The position numbers and the translations under genes are program-made. A model generated the notes under the pieces. That model was given only the letters and a program-made list of their open reading frames with translations. It was not told the DNA's origin and did not search any database. DNA of 64,000 nucleotides, from NCBI GenBank assembly GCA_037143195.1, contig JBAWZD010000003.1:5333-69332 (forward strand). Direction: 5' to 3'. This document shows, piece by piece, positions 1 through 10,266 of the stretch (positions are counted from its first letter, which is position 1; each line of letters opens with the position of its first letter). This DNA comes from a bacterium (GTDB lineage Bacteria; Patescibacteriota; Minisyncoccia; Phycocordibacterales; UBA9973).

Positions 1-30
1 GTTATAGCGCTCGCGCTTAGTTTCTTTGGG

Positions 31-1446
31 GTGCTTCCGTACACACCACTTGCGCTTGCGATCACACTCGGGATTTTGCTCGCAGTTGCATGGGCGACAA
101 ATGCGCTGTTTGCCTACATCTTTGAAGTGCCAGCCAACGTCGAATCCATCTACATTACGACCTTTATTCTCGCGCTCATCATCACTCCAGGGCAATCACC
201 ATCTGAATATATTTTCATTGGCTGGGCAGCCGTACTTGCGATGGCATCAAAATATATTTTTGCACTCAAACACAAACATATTTTTAATCCGGCGGCCCTT
301 GCTGTTGCAATCACTGCGCTTGCCATCAATGGCTCGGCGAGTTGGTGGGTAGGGACACTGGTGATGATGCCGTTTGTGCTCGTAGGTGGAGTACTCATCG
401 TGCGCAAGATCGTGCGCGCCGACCTCACGCTCGCATTTTTCATTGCAGCACTCACGACGACGCTCGCGTTCACGTTTTTTTCAGGTGGAGACTTGATGAG
501 TACACTCATTCGCACACTCACAAGTTCGCCGATTCTCTTTTTTACATTCATCATGATCACGGAGCCGCTCACGACTCCGCCATCACGCTCACTTCGTATT
601 CTCTATGGAGCATTTGTGGGATTTCTCTTTGCTCCGCAAGTCCACATCGGTGGACTGTATCTCACTCCTGAAATCGCGCTTCTCATTGGAAACGTCTTTT
701 CATATATCGTGAGTCCAAAGAGTCGTCTGACACTCAAGCTCAAAAAGGCGATTCAGGTCACGGCCGATACGGGGGAATTCGTCTTTCAGCCGGACAGTCG
801 CATGCAATTCCTTCCAGGGCAATATCTCGAATGGACACTCGGGCACGAGAGTCCTGACAGTCGAGGCAATAGACGGTACTTCACGATTGCTTCATCGCCA
901 ACAGAGGACGAGCTTCGTCTTGGCGTGAAGTTCTATCCAAACGCAAGTAGTTTCAAAACGAAGCTTGCCGATATGCGTATCGGTGATACGATCATCGCCT
1001 CACAGCTCGCGGGGGATTTCGTCATGCCAAGCAATCCAAAAAAGAAATTGGTCTTTATCGCTGGTGGTATCGGGGTCACGCCATTCCGCTCTATGGTGAA
1101 ATATCTCGTCGACAAGAACGAACAGCGTGATATCGCCATGGTGTATGCAAACAAGACAGTGAGTGATATCGCATACAAAGATTTTTTTGATCAAGCATCT
1201 GCATCTCCACTCGGACTTAAGATGGTGTATACGCTCAGCGACACCAAAGATTTGCCTGCCACATGGAAAGGATACACCGGCTACGTCACCGCGCCCCTTA
1301 TCCAAAAAGAAATTCCCGACTACGAAGATCGACTCTTTTATATCTCCGGCCCCCACAGCATGGTCTCGATGACTGAAGCGATGCTCAAGCAACTCGGTGT
1401 CCCAAGTAGTCACATACGCACCGACTTTTTCCCTGGATTTGCGTAG
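31..1446 (+). CDS. Membrane oxidoreductase with an RnfD/NqrB-like N-terminal domain fused to a ferredoxin-NADP-reductase-type FAD/NAD(P)-binding domain. The frame is open to position 1, so the gene may start upstream of the window.
   Basis: Polytopic N-terminus with an 'HKHIFNPAALA' RnfD/NqrB-type motif. C-terminal 'RRYFTIASSP' (RxYS FAD-binding) and 'GGIGVTPF' (NAD-binding) motifs. GTG start at 31, but no in-frame stop upstream. Confidence 0.6.
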   Translation: MLPYTPLALAITLGILLAVAWATNALFAYIFEVPANVESIYITTFILALIITPGQSPSEYIFIGWAAVLAMASKYIFALKHKHIFNPAALAVAITALAINGSASWWVGTLVMMPFVLVGGVLIVRKIVRADLTLAFFIAALTTTLAFTFFSGGDLMSTLIRTLTSSPILFFTFIMITEPLTTPPSRSLRILYGAFVGFLFAPQVHIGGLYLTPEIALLIGNVFSYIVSPKSRLTLKLKKAIQVTADTGEFVFQPDSRMQFLPGQYLEWTLGHESPDSRGNRRYFTIASSPTEDELRLGVKFYPNASSFKTKLADMRIGDTIIASQLAGDFVMPSNPKKKLVFIAGGIGVTPFRSMVKYLVDKNEQRDIAMVYANKTVSDIAYKDFFDQASASPLGLKMVYTLSDTKDLPATWKGYTGYVTAPLIQKEIPDYEDRLFYISGPHSMVSMTEAMLKQLGVPSSHIRTDFFPGFA

Positions 1447-1448
1447 TC

Positions 1449-2264
1449 CTATTTCTCCTTCGCTTCTTTCCACGCGAGTTCAAAAATCATGCGCATCATG
1501 TTGTGAATTGTTTTGTCTTCAATGATGACGCCGATTGGTGCGTGCTGGTCAAACTTCGCAAAGAATACTTTGTTTTTGCCGTAGACAATGATCTCGCCGG
1601 GGAAAGGGAAGACTGCGTGTGGGACATAGCGAGCCCGCGCAATAGTACTCTTCTTTAATCCTGAGTGAGTTGTTTCAGTAAACTTTTTGGCTGTTGGTGT
1701 ATCGGGAATGATACCGCGTGCGCTAATGCCGTTCTTTTCTTTGAGTTTGATAAATTCACCAAGTACTTTTGGTGTCATAAATGCGAGTAACGCGTCGGTG
1801 TTTGCAAATGCAAGGAGCTCGTAATTTTTCTCGAGTGTCTGCGTCATATATGCTCTGATGACTTGGTCCTTGCCTTCGTAGAAGGTGACACGGGGCTTGT
1901 TGTCGTGTGATTGAAAAAGTCCCTCAAGCGCCGGTACGAGCTCGGAAGCTTTTTTGTACGCATCTTCAGCAATGCTGATTTTTGATTTCATCGAACGCAG
2001 GAATTTGGCGGGTGATTCGGGGAAGTAGAAGAGTTTTTTCTTTTTCTCGACTTCACCGACGAGCCCGCGCACCGAAAGAATGCCGAGCGTCTTGTAGACC
2101 GTACTGCGGTTTATCTTGGTTGCCTCGGCAATCTCGGAAGGGAATGAACCACCCGTCTCGACGAGATATCCATATATCTGAGCCTCTTTCTCTTCGAGTC
2201 CTGTTCGTTTGAGTTTGTCTACGATGAATTCGTTTGTCATATTATTGGTATTTTTTTGTAACAA
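1449..2264 (-). CDS. TrmB-family transcriptional regulator
   Basis: N-terminal winged HTH ('GGSFPSEIAEATKINRSTVYKTLGILSVRGLV') followed by a TrmB-like C-terminal domain. 271 aa. Confidence 0.65.
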   Translation of the reverse strand: MLQKNTNNMTNEFIVDKLKRTGLEEKEAQIYGYLVETGGSFPSEIAEATKINRSTVYKTLGILSVRGLVGEVEKKKKLFYFPESPAKFLRSMKSKISIAEDAYKKASELVPALEGLFQSHDNKPRVTFYEGKDQVIRAYMTQTLEKNYELLAFANTDALLAFMTPKVLGEFIKLKEKNGISARGIIPDTPTAKKFTETTHSGLKKSTIARARYVPHAVFPFPGEIIVYGKNKVFFAKFDQHAPIGVIIEDKTIHNMMRMIFELAWKEAKEK

Positions 2265-2403
2265 AAATATATTGAACTTGAATATATCCTTATTTTATAA
2301 GCATTTTATACTAAATAAACGATAATATATTATGACATATTATGTATTTATATGCAATACTTACGTCGATAAAAGTTATTTTACATTAGAAAAAACAAAA
2401 ATT

Positions 2404-2808
2404 ATGATTTCAAATCTGATTAAAAAGATCTCGTCCTCTATTGATTTGGTCCATACTAAATTATTAGATGATAAAACGCTTGTTAGGTCGTATATCGATG
2501 ACACTAGTTCTCCAAGTGGGCGTATGAGAGTGCTATGCAGCGAGAACTTTATTAATGATCTCAAAATGGTATGGTTGTCCTCTCTCCTGAATGAATATAT
2601 GATGCCACTTTATCTGGCGAACGCCGTGGGTCATCAAGGGAGTGTCGTTCTTGTTGCAACAGAAGCGAATATTCTGGTAACAATTAAGGGACCTAAAAAC
2701 GAATACTCTAAAAATTCATTTGGGGTAACCATGGAGGAAGACATCCTTGGTGCAATTCAGGCGTACGAACTAGCGGTGCGTGAATTACTAGAAAGGGAAC
2801 TTTTTTAG
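2404..2808 (+). CDS. Hypothetical protein, possibly roadblock/LC7-like
   Basis: ORF downstream of an AT-rich promoter region. Followed by a hairpin and T-run terminator at 2821-2850. Weak resemblance only. Confidence 0.35.
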   Translation: MISNLIKKISSSIDLVHTKLLDDKTLVRSYIDDTSSPSGRMRVLCSENFINDLKMVWLSSLLNEYMMPLYLANAVGHQGSVVLVATEANILVTIKGPKNEYSKNSFGVTMEEDILGAIQAYELAVRELLERELF

Positions 2809-2820
2809 TAATGTAATTAA

Positions 2821-2850
2821 AACACCTGACAGGCTGGCAGGTGTTTTTTG
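2821..2850 (+). terminator. Rho-independent terminator
   Basis: Stem CACCTG/CAGGTG followed by a TTTTTT run. Confidence 0.55.
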
Positions 2851-2892
2851 TTACCCGAAGCAGAATACGTGCGAGTGTGGTAGATTGAGTTT

Positions 2893-3375
2893 ATGCTAAA
2901 GAAGCAATCTGACGCCGTGCTCATCCTTCCCGATATTCGCAGTACCTACAATGTGGGTGCTATTTTTCGCACGGCTGATGCGGTTGGCGTCGCAAAAATA
3001 TATCTCGTTGGGATTACGCCTGCTCCGCTTGATCGATTTGGCAGAGTGCGGAGTGATATTGCGAAGTCGGCACTTGGTGCGGAGCAGACTGTGCCGTGGG
3101 AACAGTGTGCGCGAATCGCGCCACTCATCACTCGACTGAAAAAAGTGGGGTATACGATTGTGGCTATTGAACAATCGGCGCGTTCGGTGGATTACAAAAA
3201 GGTCCGCGTGAGCGGACCGACTGCCTTTATTCTCGGGAATGAGGTTACAGGAATTCCTCAATCTGTACTCGCAAAATCTGATATCATCGCTGAAATTCCG
3301 ATGCAGGGCATGAAAGAATCGCTCAACGTTTCCGTCGCGACTGGGATTGCACTCTTCCGAATGCTTGGGCAATAG
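2893..3375 (+). CDS. SpoU/TrmH-family RNA 2'-O-methyltransferase
   Basis: SPOUT motifs 'ILGNEVTGIP' and 'EIPMQGMKESLNVSVATGIALF'. 160 aa. Confidence 0.75.
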   Translation: MLKKQSDAVLILPDIRSTYNVGAIFRTADAVGVAKIYLVGITPAPLDRFGRVRSDIAKSALGAEQTVPWEQCARIAPLITRLKKVGYTIVAIEQSARSVDYKKVRVSGPTAFILGNEVTGIPQSVLAKSDIIAEIPMQGMKESLNVSVATGIALFRMLGQ

Positions 3376-3561
3376 TTACTGGCCGGGACCGTACGTTTTG
3401 CCGGTGCCACCGATTGGAGCAGGGTCAAGGAAAGCTCCTGTTTGGTTTTGAGCACGCTCGGGTCCGCCAGTGAAATACCAGAGTACCCATACTCCAGCGA
3501 CAATGATGATGAACCATGTGAGTGTACCTCCGCGTTCTTTGTGTTTTGATTGTTGAATCAT
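3376..3561 (-). CDS. Small membrane protein (hypothetical)
   Basis: Single TM helix 'TLTWFIIIVAGVWVLWYF'. The start was chosen at the internal Met just after the fpg stop. The longer ORF beginning at 3615 would overlap fpg. Confidence 0.4.
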   Translation of the reverse strand: MIQQSKHKERGGTLTWFIIIVAGVWVLWYFTGGPERAQNQTGAFLDPAPIGGTGKTYGPGQ

Positions 3562-3562
3562 A

Positions 3563-4498
3563 TTATTTCCACAATTGTTGATGCCGTGGACAGAAGTGTG
3601 TGCTTCTCCCACCAACGACTATACGAAGTATATCACCTTTGCACCCAGATTTTTTGCACGGTTTGCCGGTGAGTCGGTAGGCATTGTGTTCGTGACTGAA
3701 GTTGCCTCGAGTGCCATCGATTTGTCGGTAGTCACTTGTTGAATCTCCACCAAAATCAATTCCTTTTTCAAGTACTGTTCGTACTGAGCGGAAGAGACGC
3801 TCGAGTACATCGAGAGGAATTTTGCTTGTGATTGAGAGGGGATGAATACCAGCGAGCCAAAGTGCTTCGTCGGAATAAATATTGCCGATACCTGCTACGA
3901 CATTTTGATCCATGAGTATCGTTTTGATTTTGCCTTTTGGTTTGGTCGCGATGCGAGCAATAAATTCTTTTGCAGTAAATCGTGCGTCGAGTGGCTCGGG
4001 ACCAATACCGTCGAGGTGTTTGGTCGTGTGAGCGATTTCGGTCGAAAGAAGTGTGACTTTTGCAAATTTGCGTACGTCGGAGAGGACGAGTTGTTTGCTG
4101 TTCGTGAATGTAATCACGAGATGCAGGTGTCGGTTGAATGGATCACGAAGCGCGTCATTTTTTTCGGTAGGACTTGGCGTCCATTCATTCGTTTTTGTGT
4201 CGAGCACATAGTCACCGTACATGAGATGTCCGGTCATTTTCATGTGGATGAGGATTGTGTTTCCATTATTCAAATTGAGGAGAATATTTTTGGCACGACG
4301 TTCAGCCGAAATGATGATTGCTCTGTGAACTGTTTTTTGAAAGTGCTCAAAGAAGGGGAGATATTTTATGGTGTCGTGATAGTCAGCGCGCGCTACGCGC
4401 GCGCGAGGCAAATCACTCCACACATCACGAATGGTAAGTCCGCGAACAGTCGCGTTGAGACCATTCACAGTCGTTTGGACCTCAGGAAGTTCAGGCAT
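3563..4498 (-). CDS. Formamidopyrimidine-DNA glycosylase (Fpg/Nei family)
   Basis: Hallmark N-terminus 'MPELPEV'. C-terminal zinc finger 'CKKSGC...HFCPRHQQ'. The start is at the Met preceding PELPEV. Confidence 0.8.
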   Translation of the reverse strand: MPELPEVQTTVNGLNATVRGLTIRDVWSDLPRARVARADYHDTIKYLPFFEHFQKTVHRAIIISAERRAKNILLNLNNGNTILIHMKMTGHLMYGDYVLDTKTNEWTPSPTEKNDALRDPFNRHLHLVITFTNSKQLVLSDVRKFAKVTLLSTEIAHTTKHLDGIGPEPLDARFTAKEFIARIATKPKGKIKTILMDQNVVAGIGNIYSDEALWLAGIHPLSITSKIPLDVLERLFRSVRTVLEKGIDFGGDSTSDYRQIDGTRGNFSHEHNAYRLTGKPCKKSGCKGDILRIVVGGRSTHFCPRHQQLWK

Positions 4499-5006
4499 GG
4501 GCGTAGTATAGCACTGTCTCAAAATACAAATCAGAGAGTCTTCGCATCTTTGACTTTATAATTGGTTGTGGCAAGATGATTCAAAATCAAGAAATATGAA
4601 AATGAAATATTATTCATTGTACCTGACGGTCCAGAAGCCACAGGTCATTATCGAAGCAAAACAATACGATTTGCTCTCCCGGACAAGGTGTTCCGGAATT
4701 TGCTTACCGTCCTTTATTGCAGTGGGTGCGATCCAAGACTTTGGTTTCCCACTCGATTTCGAAAGTTGTTTGAAACGAGTGAAGGAACATGGTATCTACG
4801 GGCTGTGTCAACCGGATTATGTGTTACGTGCCCCGTTAACCGGGCGCGCAACGGTTTTTTTGATAAATCCGGAATCAGCTGGTGGGCTTATTCCTGTTTA
4901 TGGGCAAACGGAATTTGCAATCTGGTTCCAGCGGAGGCTTTACGGTTTAATGAGGGAACACGAATTGCGCTTGAAGTGTTTCATTAAGAAAAGCCACCCT
5001 TATTCA

Positions 5007-5040
5007 AAAAGCCCCTTCCGATTAATGGAAAGGGGCTTTT
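5007..5040. terminator. Bidirectional rho-independent terminator
   Basis: Hairpin AAAAGCCCCTTCC...GGAAAGGGGCTTTT flanked by A and T runs. It lies 3' of the minus-strand gene 5060..6442. Confidence 0.7.
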
Positions 5041-5059
5041 ATGCTTATTTTGAGTCGTT

Positions 5060-6442
5060 TTATTTCTGGACAAGACGCACTAGGGCGTACGTTTTATCGA
5101 GTACTTCATTGTAACTCGATTTATCTACGAGGTGCCCAAACTGAGCACCATCGTCATAAAAAGTTACAAAGAGGCATTCTCCATTGATTGTAGATGTCGA
5201 TGGAGTGCCGAAAGAGATTACAGGAATCCCCTTGAGGACTAGCTCGTCCTGCACCTCTTTTGGGAAGAGGATTGTTTTGTTCGCTATCAGGGTTGATAGC
5301 GAAACCCCGAGGGGAATAGTGTTTGGTTTCAAAGAGACGTAATAGTACGCCTCCTCAAGCGAAACAACTTCCTTTTGGAATATGTATACCTCGAAGGTAT
5401 ATTTTTTCCCTGGCTCAACACGCAATGTGTCCGAGTATCCATGGATGACAAAAGAGTCGATCCAAGTACTACCAGTCATTTGGGTGTTGTAACCCCTCAG
5501 GAATGTTTTTCCAGCCAATCGGAAGTTTAAATCTTTTGGAAGCCTGACATCAAATTTGTAGTCAGGATCTTTCCAGGATACTCCAACGATAGGATCGCTT
5601 GCTTTCGGTGGCTTCGGTTGTGGCAAGGTGATCGTCGCTATTTCTGTCACTTCACATCCAGTAATCGGGTCAATGATCGTAATCGTGTCATTTTCCACAA
5701 TCATTCCATTCGTGTCGATTCCGTTAGGATGGTCAGAGTGAATTATCTGCGTCAGTCCTTCACAGCTCATAATTTGAGTAACCAATAATGTGTCGCTTTT
5801 AACAGGGGAGTTAAATTGCGAGTAGCGCTGATTTCTGATTATCGAACGCAATAATTGCATGTCCGGTTCAATAGGTTGCACAGAAATTACTTTAGCCGAG
5901 TCCGACAATGTAACGATTGATAACAATTTCATGCTATCTAAGACCAGCGGGAATCTCGACTCTTTGTACAAGTGGGCGGTATCATCACCGCCTTTTGCTG
6001 TGATTGTTGGGATGCAGTGGATCACGGCATTAATTTTTTTGTAACCCAGAAAATCTCGGGTTGCTTCTCGAACCTGAGGAGATGATACGGTGCTGTCGAA
6101 GTCTATCGACAAGCTGTACGTCATTTCCTCGGTTGGTCCGCTTCTCGCAGTGTCTCCAATATTACCGACGTTGATTTCTCTTACGAAATCGCGAAATGAG
6201 TTTAAGTCCCCAATTATATTGAATGGGAACCATGCAACACAATTTCTGTAATTGTACAGTAATCTTAGAGAATCATTCCCTGCTTTGAGGCAGGGGATAG
6301 CGACGATACTATCCTTTGTTGCTGTGCGCCAACCAGCGGAACATTTGCATGTTGCTGGTACGTACGGGGCGTCTGTATTTTGAGCCCAGACTGAGGCTGT
6401 CGACGCGCAGAAAAGGAGCGCTAAAATAACGATTTTTTTCAT
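5060..6442 (-). CDS. Secreted hypothetical protein
   Basis: Signal peptide 'MKKIVILALLFCASTASVWAQ'. 460 aa. No recognisable catalytic motif. Confidence 0.6.
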   Translation of the reverse strand: MKKIVILALLFCASTASVWAQNTDAPYVPATCKCSAGWRTATKDSIVAIPCLKAGNDSLRLLYNYRNCVAWFPFNIIGDLNSFRDFVREINVGNIGDTARSGPTEEMTYSLSIDFDSTVSSPQVREATRDFLGYKKINAVIHCIPTITAKGGDDTAHLYKESRFPLVLDSMKLLSIVTLSDSAKVISVQPIEPDMQLLRSIIRNQRYSQFNSPVKSDTLLVTQIMSCEGLTQIIHSDHPNGIDTNGMIVENDTITIIDPITGCEVTEIATITLPQPKPPKASDPIVGVSWKDPDYKFDVRLPKDLNFRLAGKTFLRGYNTQMTGSTWIDSFVIHGYSDTLRVEPGKKYTFEVYIFQKEVVSLEEAYYYVSLKPNTIPLGVSLSTLIANKTILFPKEVQDELVLKGIPVISFGTPSTSTINGECLFVTFYDDGAQFGHLVDKSSYNEVLDKTYALVRLVQK

Positions 6443-6589
6443 ATTTATTTATAAAATGGTTTGATTGCACAATACTATAATTTGCACAAAAAGTCAAACT
6501 GTTTCACTCTGTTTGTTTGACAAGTCTATATAAATATGCTAATGTGCGGTTAACTAGAAAGTATTTAAAAACCAAAAAAGTTATAGAAA

Positions 6590-7126
6590 ATGAGAAAACT
6601 CATCATTTTATTGTGCGTGATAGTGGCATTCGCACCCACAACTATTTTTGCTCAGGCAGATTCTTCCGCAAGGAAGCCCATGCCGAACGTGAACTCCTAC
6701 CTCCTTTCTAAATCAGAGGAAGCGGGAATCAAGCACCCCGCGAATTGGGTGTTCGACTTAGCGGAAAGTCGCGTTGTTGAGGCCACAATTGGTCTCGACA
6801 ACGAGCAAATCAGCCTCAATTGGCAGAGGAGGGGCAAAAAAAAGACCCTCCACTACCGGTTGGTGGAAAATGATGTAAAAGTCGAAATTGTTCGGCGAAA
6901 GTCGAAGATTATTTCGCTTGAGTATGCAAGCAAACTGCCGGAGTCTGAGGACCGTCAGAACACGAGGAAAATCCATTTTGAACCGGGCAAACCGTTTCAA
7001 ATCTCTGGATTTTTAAATCCTCAACAGGCTCTCGAGGCAATCTCGGAAGCTCTTGATGGAGCGAAAGAAGTCCTCGAAGAACTCGTCGAGCCTCCAAAAG
7101 GCAAAAAAATGAGAAAGCATAAATAA
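6590..7126 (+). CDS. Secreted hypothetical protein
   Basis: Signal peptide 'MRKLIILLCVIVAFAPTTIFAQA'. 178 aa. Confidence 0.55.
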   Translation: MRKLIILLCVIVAFAPTTIFAQADSSARKPMPNVNSYLLSKSEEAGIKHPANWVFDLAESRVVEATIGLDNEQISLNWQRRGKKKTLHYRLVENDVKVEIVRRKSKIISLEYASKLPESEDRQNTRKIHFEPGKPFQISGFLNPQQALEAISEALDGAKEVLEELVEPPKGKKMRKHK

Positions 7127-7247
7127 AACCATGCTTAATGATAGAAGATTCCCTGTACATCAAAGTACGGGGGATTTTTTATTTACATACTCTGCTCTGC
7201 ATGGCATAATTGCTTAGTAACGATTTTATAAATTCACTCACAGCATT

Positions 7248-9521
7248 ATGGTCATCAAAAAAGATAAGTTTCCGTCGGTAAATGAAAATGTTCTCGATAC
7301 TGCATCGAATACGATGGAGCAATCTTCTGCAACCCAACCCCCCTTAGGGAAGATTGATCGCTCGGAACATCTTCGCAAGACAGCAGCCAAGGGACTTGTC
7401 GACAAACTTCTGTCCGACCATCTTTCACTTGCAGTGAGCACCAAAGCGACACTTGATGAGCTTACAAAAATTGAAATCAAAGCACGTGAAGTGTGTGAGA
7501 CAGCTGGGTTCTCAGATGCGGAGACGAGTGAAGTCATGCACCGTTTCGCTGAGAACAAGCGTGGAGAAACAATCTCGGGAACGATTGAAGACTTGAGCGA
7601 ACAAACAATTTCTTCCTCGAATCGATATGAGCCGAGGGATATTTTTGCGGCAGACAATCCGGTGGAGAATACAGTCTCAGAATATGAGAGTACAAATGAT
7701 TCACGACCACAGCCTGAGCTCGGCTGGCGTTCACGTTTGAATGTTTGGGCCAACAGTGCACTCCTCGGGCGACCAAGGGAGGATGCTCAAAAAGATGAGC
7801 AGGCACGTCTTCTGAACCGCGAAGCAGAAGCGCGTAAAACAAAGGAAGCTGAGTTTGAGCGCGAGCGCCAGACGAAGGCGAGTACGTGGTATTCGCGTGC
7901 GTGGAATCAGTTTGCGTTTGGTGTTACTCCAGAGGAGGTAGAGCGTCGCGCGCAGGAAGCTCGCGAAGAACGATTTAAACGTGAGCTCGATAAGCCTGCA
8001 AAGAAAAAATTCCTCGGTATCGATGTGGGAAGATTTTTCCGTAATACAACCAAGCTTGCTGTCGCAGGAGGAATACTCGCTACGGCGAATGGATTGAAGA
8101 ATAACCAAAAGGCTGATACTGCGGAAGCGTTCGCGAACCGTGACAGTGTCAAGACAGAAGCGCGCGCTTCAGCTGATACGGCAAGATTCGTAAGTGCAGA
8201 CACGCTCACTCGCGGGGGAGATACGCTTAGCGAAGGAAAGCATTCTGAGAAAACACTCGCATGGAATTCATCTAAAAAATTTGCGACCCAAGACACAGTG
8301 CGAAATGATACCGAGAAAGTACAGCTCCTCGTGGATCCTCGAACACTCGACGAAGCATTTGAAGATTCAGTTGCAACTGCTTCTGACAGTGTTGAAAAAA
8401 TCATGTATCCGAAGATTGATACTGTCGGGAAAGAGAACATGACACCCGAAGTCATGGAACGCCTGAAACAGACACCCATTCAATGGGACTGGAAGGGAGC
8501 TGAAGCTGAAGCTCGCAGAAGCGGGTATGATTTTTCACCATTTCGCACTCCGAATAGTTATGATGTTTCTGTTGGTGAGCGCACCGGTAGTTTCTTTATC
8601 GAAGATTTTGAACTCATCAATGTTGGTGGAGTTCAGTTTACTCGCAAGTTCTACGAGCAAATGGACAAGAATGCGGTAAAAGAGTTGAAAGACAATCCAC
8701 ATGCGTTGCTTGTGTATGTAAAAAATCTTGAGGACAACCTTATCCAGAAAGAAAGTGTTCGTACCTACACAATCGACCTTTTGGAAAAAGGGGAGGAACT
8801 TGCGTTTAGGGATGGGGTTCTCATGTGGAAGACTCCAATCTTGCACGGGGCAGATGATTCTCTCACGGCCGAACAACGTCTCGCGCAAAACGCGACACGG
8901 CTTACGCCGACCGGCATGAAGAATGTCACACTTGTCGATGCTGACTATCAGAAAAAATACAATCTTGATTTGAAACCAGAAGGACATGGCGGATTTAAAT
9001 ACCTCTTCCACATCGATGGTCGTTCATACAAGCATGAGTTTATCGAGAGTGACAAGGGGCAAGCAGCTGCAGTGAAATCCGAAAACAAAAACGATCGTTG
9101 CCGTAGCGGAATGTGTGAGCGCCAATCAAGTTCGAGTCTCGATTTGCTGGTGAAGTACATGCTCCCCGCAGAGAAAAATGCTGACGGAGAACGTTCTTTC
9201 ACTTCATATATTTTCGGGAAGGGTGAGAGTATCGATCCAGTAACAGGAGCAGTCACAAATGAAACAAACGCTGAAGCGCTTAAGAAATTAAAAATACTGG
9301 CAGAGGAAAATCGCAAGAAGATGCTCTTGGAATATCGTATCAGTAAAATCACTGTGAATACACAAGGAGGTGATGATGAAGCGAAAGTTGAGAGTGCCCG
9401 CGAACATGGGGAGGTTCGTGCAATTCGAACGATCATGCGAAAGAATAAGACCAAGAACACGTACAATCAGACAATCGCTCATCGTCCTGAAAACAAGCCA
9501 CAACTTCCGATTGGGGGATGA
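7248..9521 (+). CDS. Large acidic hypothetical protein, coiled-coil/low-complexity rich
   Basis: 757-aa ORF with continuous coding-like composition, rich in Glu, Lys and Arg. No identifiable domain. Confidence 0.55.
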   Translation: MVIKKDKFPSVNENVLDTASNTMEQSSATQPPLGKIDRSEHLRKTAAKGLVDKLLSDHLSLAVSTKATLDELTKIEIKAREVCETAGFSDAETSEVMHRFAENKRGETISGTIEDLSEQTISSSNRYEPRDIFAADNPVENTVSEYESTNDSRPQPELGWRSRLNVWANSALLGRPREDAQKDEQARLLNREAEARKTKEAEFERERQTKASTWYSRAWNQFAFGVTPEEVERRAQEAREERFKRELDKPAKKKFLGIDVGRFFRNTTKLAVAGGILATANGLKNNQKADTAEAFANRDSVKTEARASADTARFVSADTLTRGGDTLSEGKHSEKTLAWNSSKKFATQDTVRNDTEKVQLLVDPRTLDEAFEDSVATASDSVEKIMYPKIDTVGKENMTPEVMERLKQTPIQWDWKGAEAEARRSGYDFSPFRTPNSYDVSVGERTGSFFIEDFELINVGGVQFTRKFYEQMDKNAVKELKDNPHALLVYVKNLEDNLIQKESVRTYTIDLLEKGEELAFRDGVLMWKTPILHGADDSLTAEQRLAQNATRLTPTGMKNVTLVDADYQKKYNLDLKPEGHGGFKYLFHIDGRSYKHEFIESDKGQAAAVKSENKNDRCRSGMCERQSSSSLDLLVKYMLPAEKNADGERSFTSYIFGKGESIDPVTGAVTNETNAEALKKLKILAEENRKKMLLEYRISKITVNTQGGDDEAKVESAREHGEVRAIRTIMRKNKTKNTYNQTIAHRPENKPQLPIGG

Positions 9522-9527
9522 TCTCCG

Positions 9528-10106
9528 CTATTTCTTTCCAAGTAGTTTCAGTGCTTCTTTGATGCGAGCATTTGTTCCGACGATATCGTTTGGAATTTCT
9601 TTGACGACTTCGCGTGCTTCATTTTGAGAATAGCCGAGTGCTTTGAGGGCTTCGATGATATCGCTTTCGGCACGAAGGACGCTTGGCGTCTCACTCATGC
9701 TACTGTGAGCTTTGAGTTTGTCGCGGAGTTCGAGCACGACCTTCTCAGCGGTCTTGCGACCAATGCCGGAGACTTTGGTGAGGTAGCTTGTGTCTCCTGT
9801 GGCGATAGCTTTCTTGAGTGTTTCGGTTGAGGTCGCACTCAAAATACCGAGGGCTGATTTTGGACCAATACCACTGACTGAAATGAGGAGTTCGAAGAAA
9901 TCTTTTTCATCACTCGTATCGAATCCGTAGAGATCAAGGGCGTCCTCTCGCACGGCGAGGTACGTATGCAAGTTTGCACGCGTATCGAGATCGAGCCGCG
10001 CGAGCGTGTCGCTCGAGCACGAGACTTTGTAGCCGACGCCATTCACGTCGAGGACGATGTATTTTTCAGCTTTGTCGATAACGGTGCCAGAGAGGTGAGC
10101 AATCAT
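9528..10106 (-). CDS. ruvA: Holliday junction branch-migration protein RuvA
   Basis: N-terminal OB domain 'MIAHLSGTVIDK...YIVLDVNGVGYKV'. Two HhH motifs 'SGIGPKSALGIL' and 'VSGIGRKTAEKV'. C-terminal domain III. Confidence 0.85.
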   Translation of the reverse strand: MIAHLSGTVIDKAEKYIVLDVNGVGYKVSCSSDTLARLDLDTRANLHTYLAVREDALDLYGFDTSDEKDFFELLISVSGIGPKSALGILSATSTETLKKAIATGDTSYLTKVSGIGRKTAEKVVLELRDKLKAHSSMSETPSVLRAESDIIEALKALGYSQNEAREVVKEIPNDIVGTNARIKEALKLLGKK

Positions 10107-10266
10107 TCTCTTAGTATATAGGAAAGACCGGCGGGCGGGTAGCGAGCGGTATATTGCAAAAAAATGCTTTTCTGGTATAGTTTGCGGGTATTGCTTCTTA
10201 GCTGTGTCTCGGCGGGAGCGAGAAATCTTTGTATTCTATACACTATTAATCTATTAAGAACATACT

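Noticed and set aside
150-572. Minus-strand ORFs (150..572, 933..1178, 1000..1473) and the plus ORF 342..671 overlapping the RnfD-FNR gene
   Set aside because: They are fully embedded antisense or out of frame to a gene with clear motifs. They are Arg/Ser/Cys-rich translations typical of shadow ORFs.
2896-3372. 158-aa minus-strand ORF overlapping the SpoU methyltransferase
   Set aside because: It is antisense to a CDS with SPOUT motifs and shows no motif of its own.
3842-4561. 239-aa plus-strand ORF
   Set aside because: It overlaps the fpg gene (3563..4498, minus), which carries the PELPEV/zinc-finger hallmarks. It is Cys- and Phe-rich nonsense.
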